Source: a virus. From it: a DNA stretch of 64,000 nucleotides. Positions within the stretch are counted from its first letter, which is position 1, and every line of letters starts with the position of its first letter. Both the position numbers and the translations under genes were made by a program. Under the pieces are notes generated by a model that saw nothing but the letters and a program-made list of their open reading frames with translations, had not been told where the DNA came from and did no database searches. The stretch covers positions 49,833 to 113,832 of the IMG/VR virus record IMGVR_UViG_3300009001_000006. One strand, given 5' to 3'. This document shows positions 63,878 to 64,000 of this stretch, piece by piece.

Positions 63878-64000
63878 ATGACAACGCAAGAATTGAAAAA
63901 CTATGTTCGCTCAGGCCGATACGCTTGGCCCGGAGGATACCCGAAGTATTTTGTAATGAACGACGGCGAGGCCATGAGTTTCGACGCTGTACAAGAAAAC
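63878..64000 (+). CDS. hypothetical phage protein (YAWPGGYP motif), 3' truncated
   Basis: MTTQELKNYVRSGRYAWPGGYPKYFVMNDG...; GGGGG RBS. Confidence 0.7.
   Translation, partial: MTTQELKNYVRSGRYAWPGGYPKYFVMNDGEAMSFDAVQEN

Noticed and set aside
60165-63889. Minus-strand ORFs across the early region
   Set aside because: They run through promoters and repeats. Their mutual similarity (e.g. LCQENLTKLSGIL) only reflects the DNA repeat, and RBS/promoter evidence favours the plus strand.

Overview
The window is part of a large (~31-33% GC by eye) tailed dsDNA bacteriophage genome, probably a siphovirus because no tail sheath is seen. A Planctomycetota-like host is a weak inference only. It has four blocks. 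(1) 1-8533 (+): replication and glycosylation genes (DnaE-type polymerase C-terminal part, SSB, GT4 glycosyltransferases and degenerate sugar-modifying genes, a Vsr/DUF559-type endonuclease, a putative Rad52-like annealase). (2) 8534-50359 (-): a complete morphogenesis module (sigma-like factor, HNH, ERCC4 nuclease, TerL, portal, protease/scaffold, decoration protein, MCP, fibres, neck, two tail-tube paralogues, chaperones, a 4356-aa tape measure protein, distal tail proteins). (3) 50640-58569 (-): an array of Cys-rich CxCxC proteins sharing a C-terminal Y-x(n)-[LIV]P motif, interleaved with small partner genes. (4) 58586-64000 (+): a GIY-YIG/HNH endonuclease, then an early-type region of small genes organised by four composite intergenic cassettes. 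Each cassette has an 11-7-11 recombinase-like palindrome, a GC palindrome, a CCCC-N8-GGGG box, a consensus sigma54 -24/-12 motif and a sigma70 promoter. The most notable signals are: this cassette array; the tape measure protein, which carries thermonuclease-like and P-loop kinase-like domains between repeated GG-motif linkers; the Cys-rich array; and a 7-copy RGTGTAWW late-promoter motif paired with a truncated phage sigma factor. All calls come from reading motifs by eye; no database searches were run.
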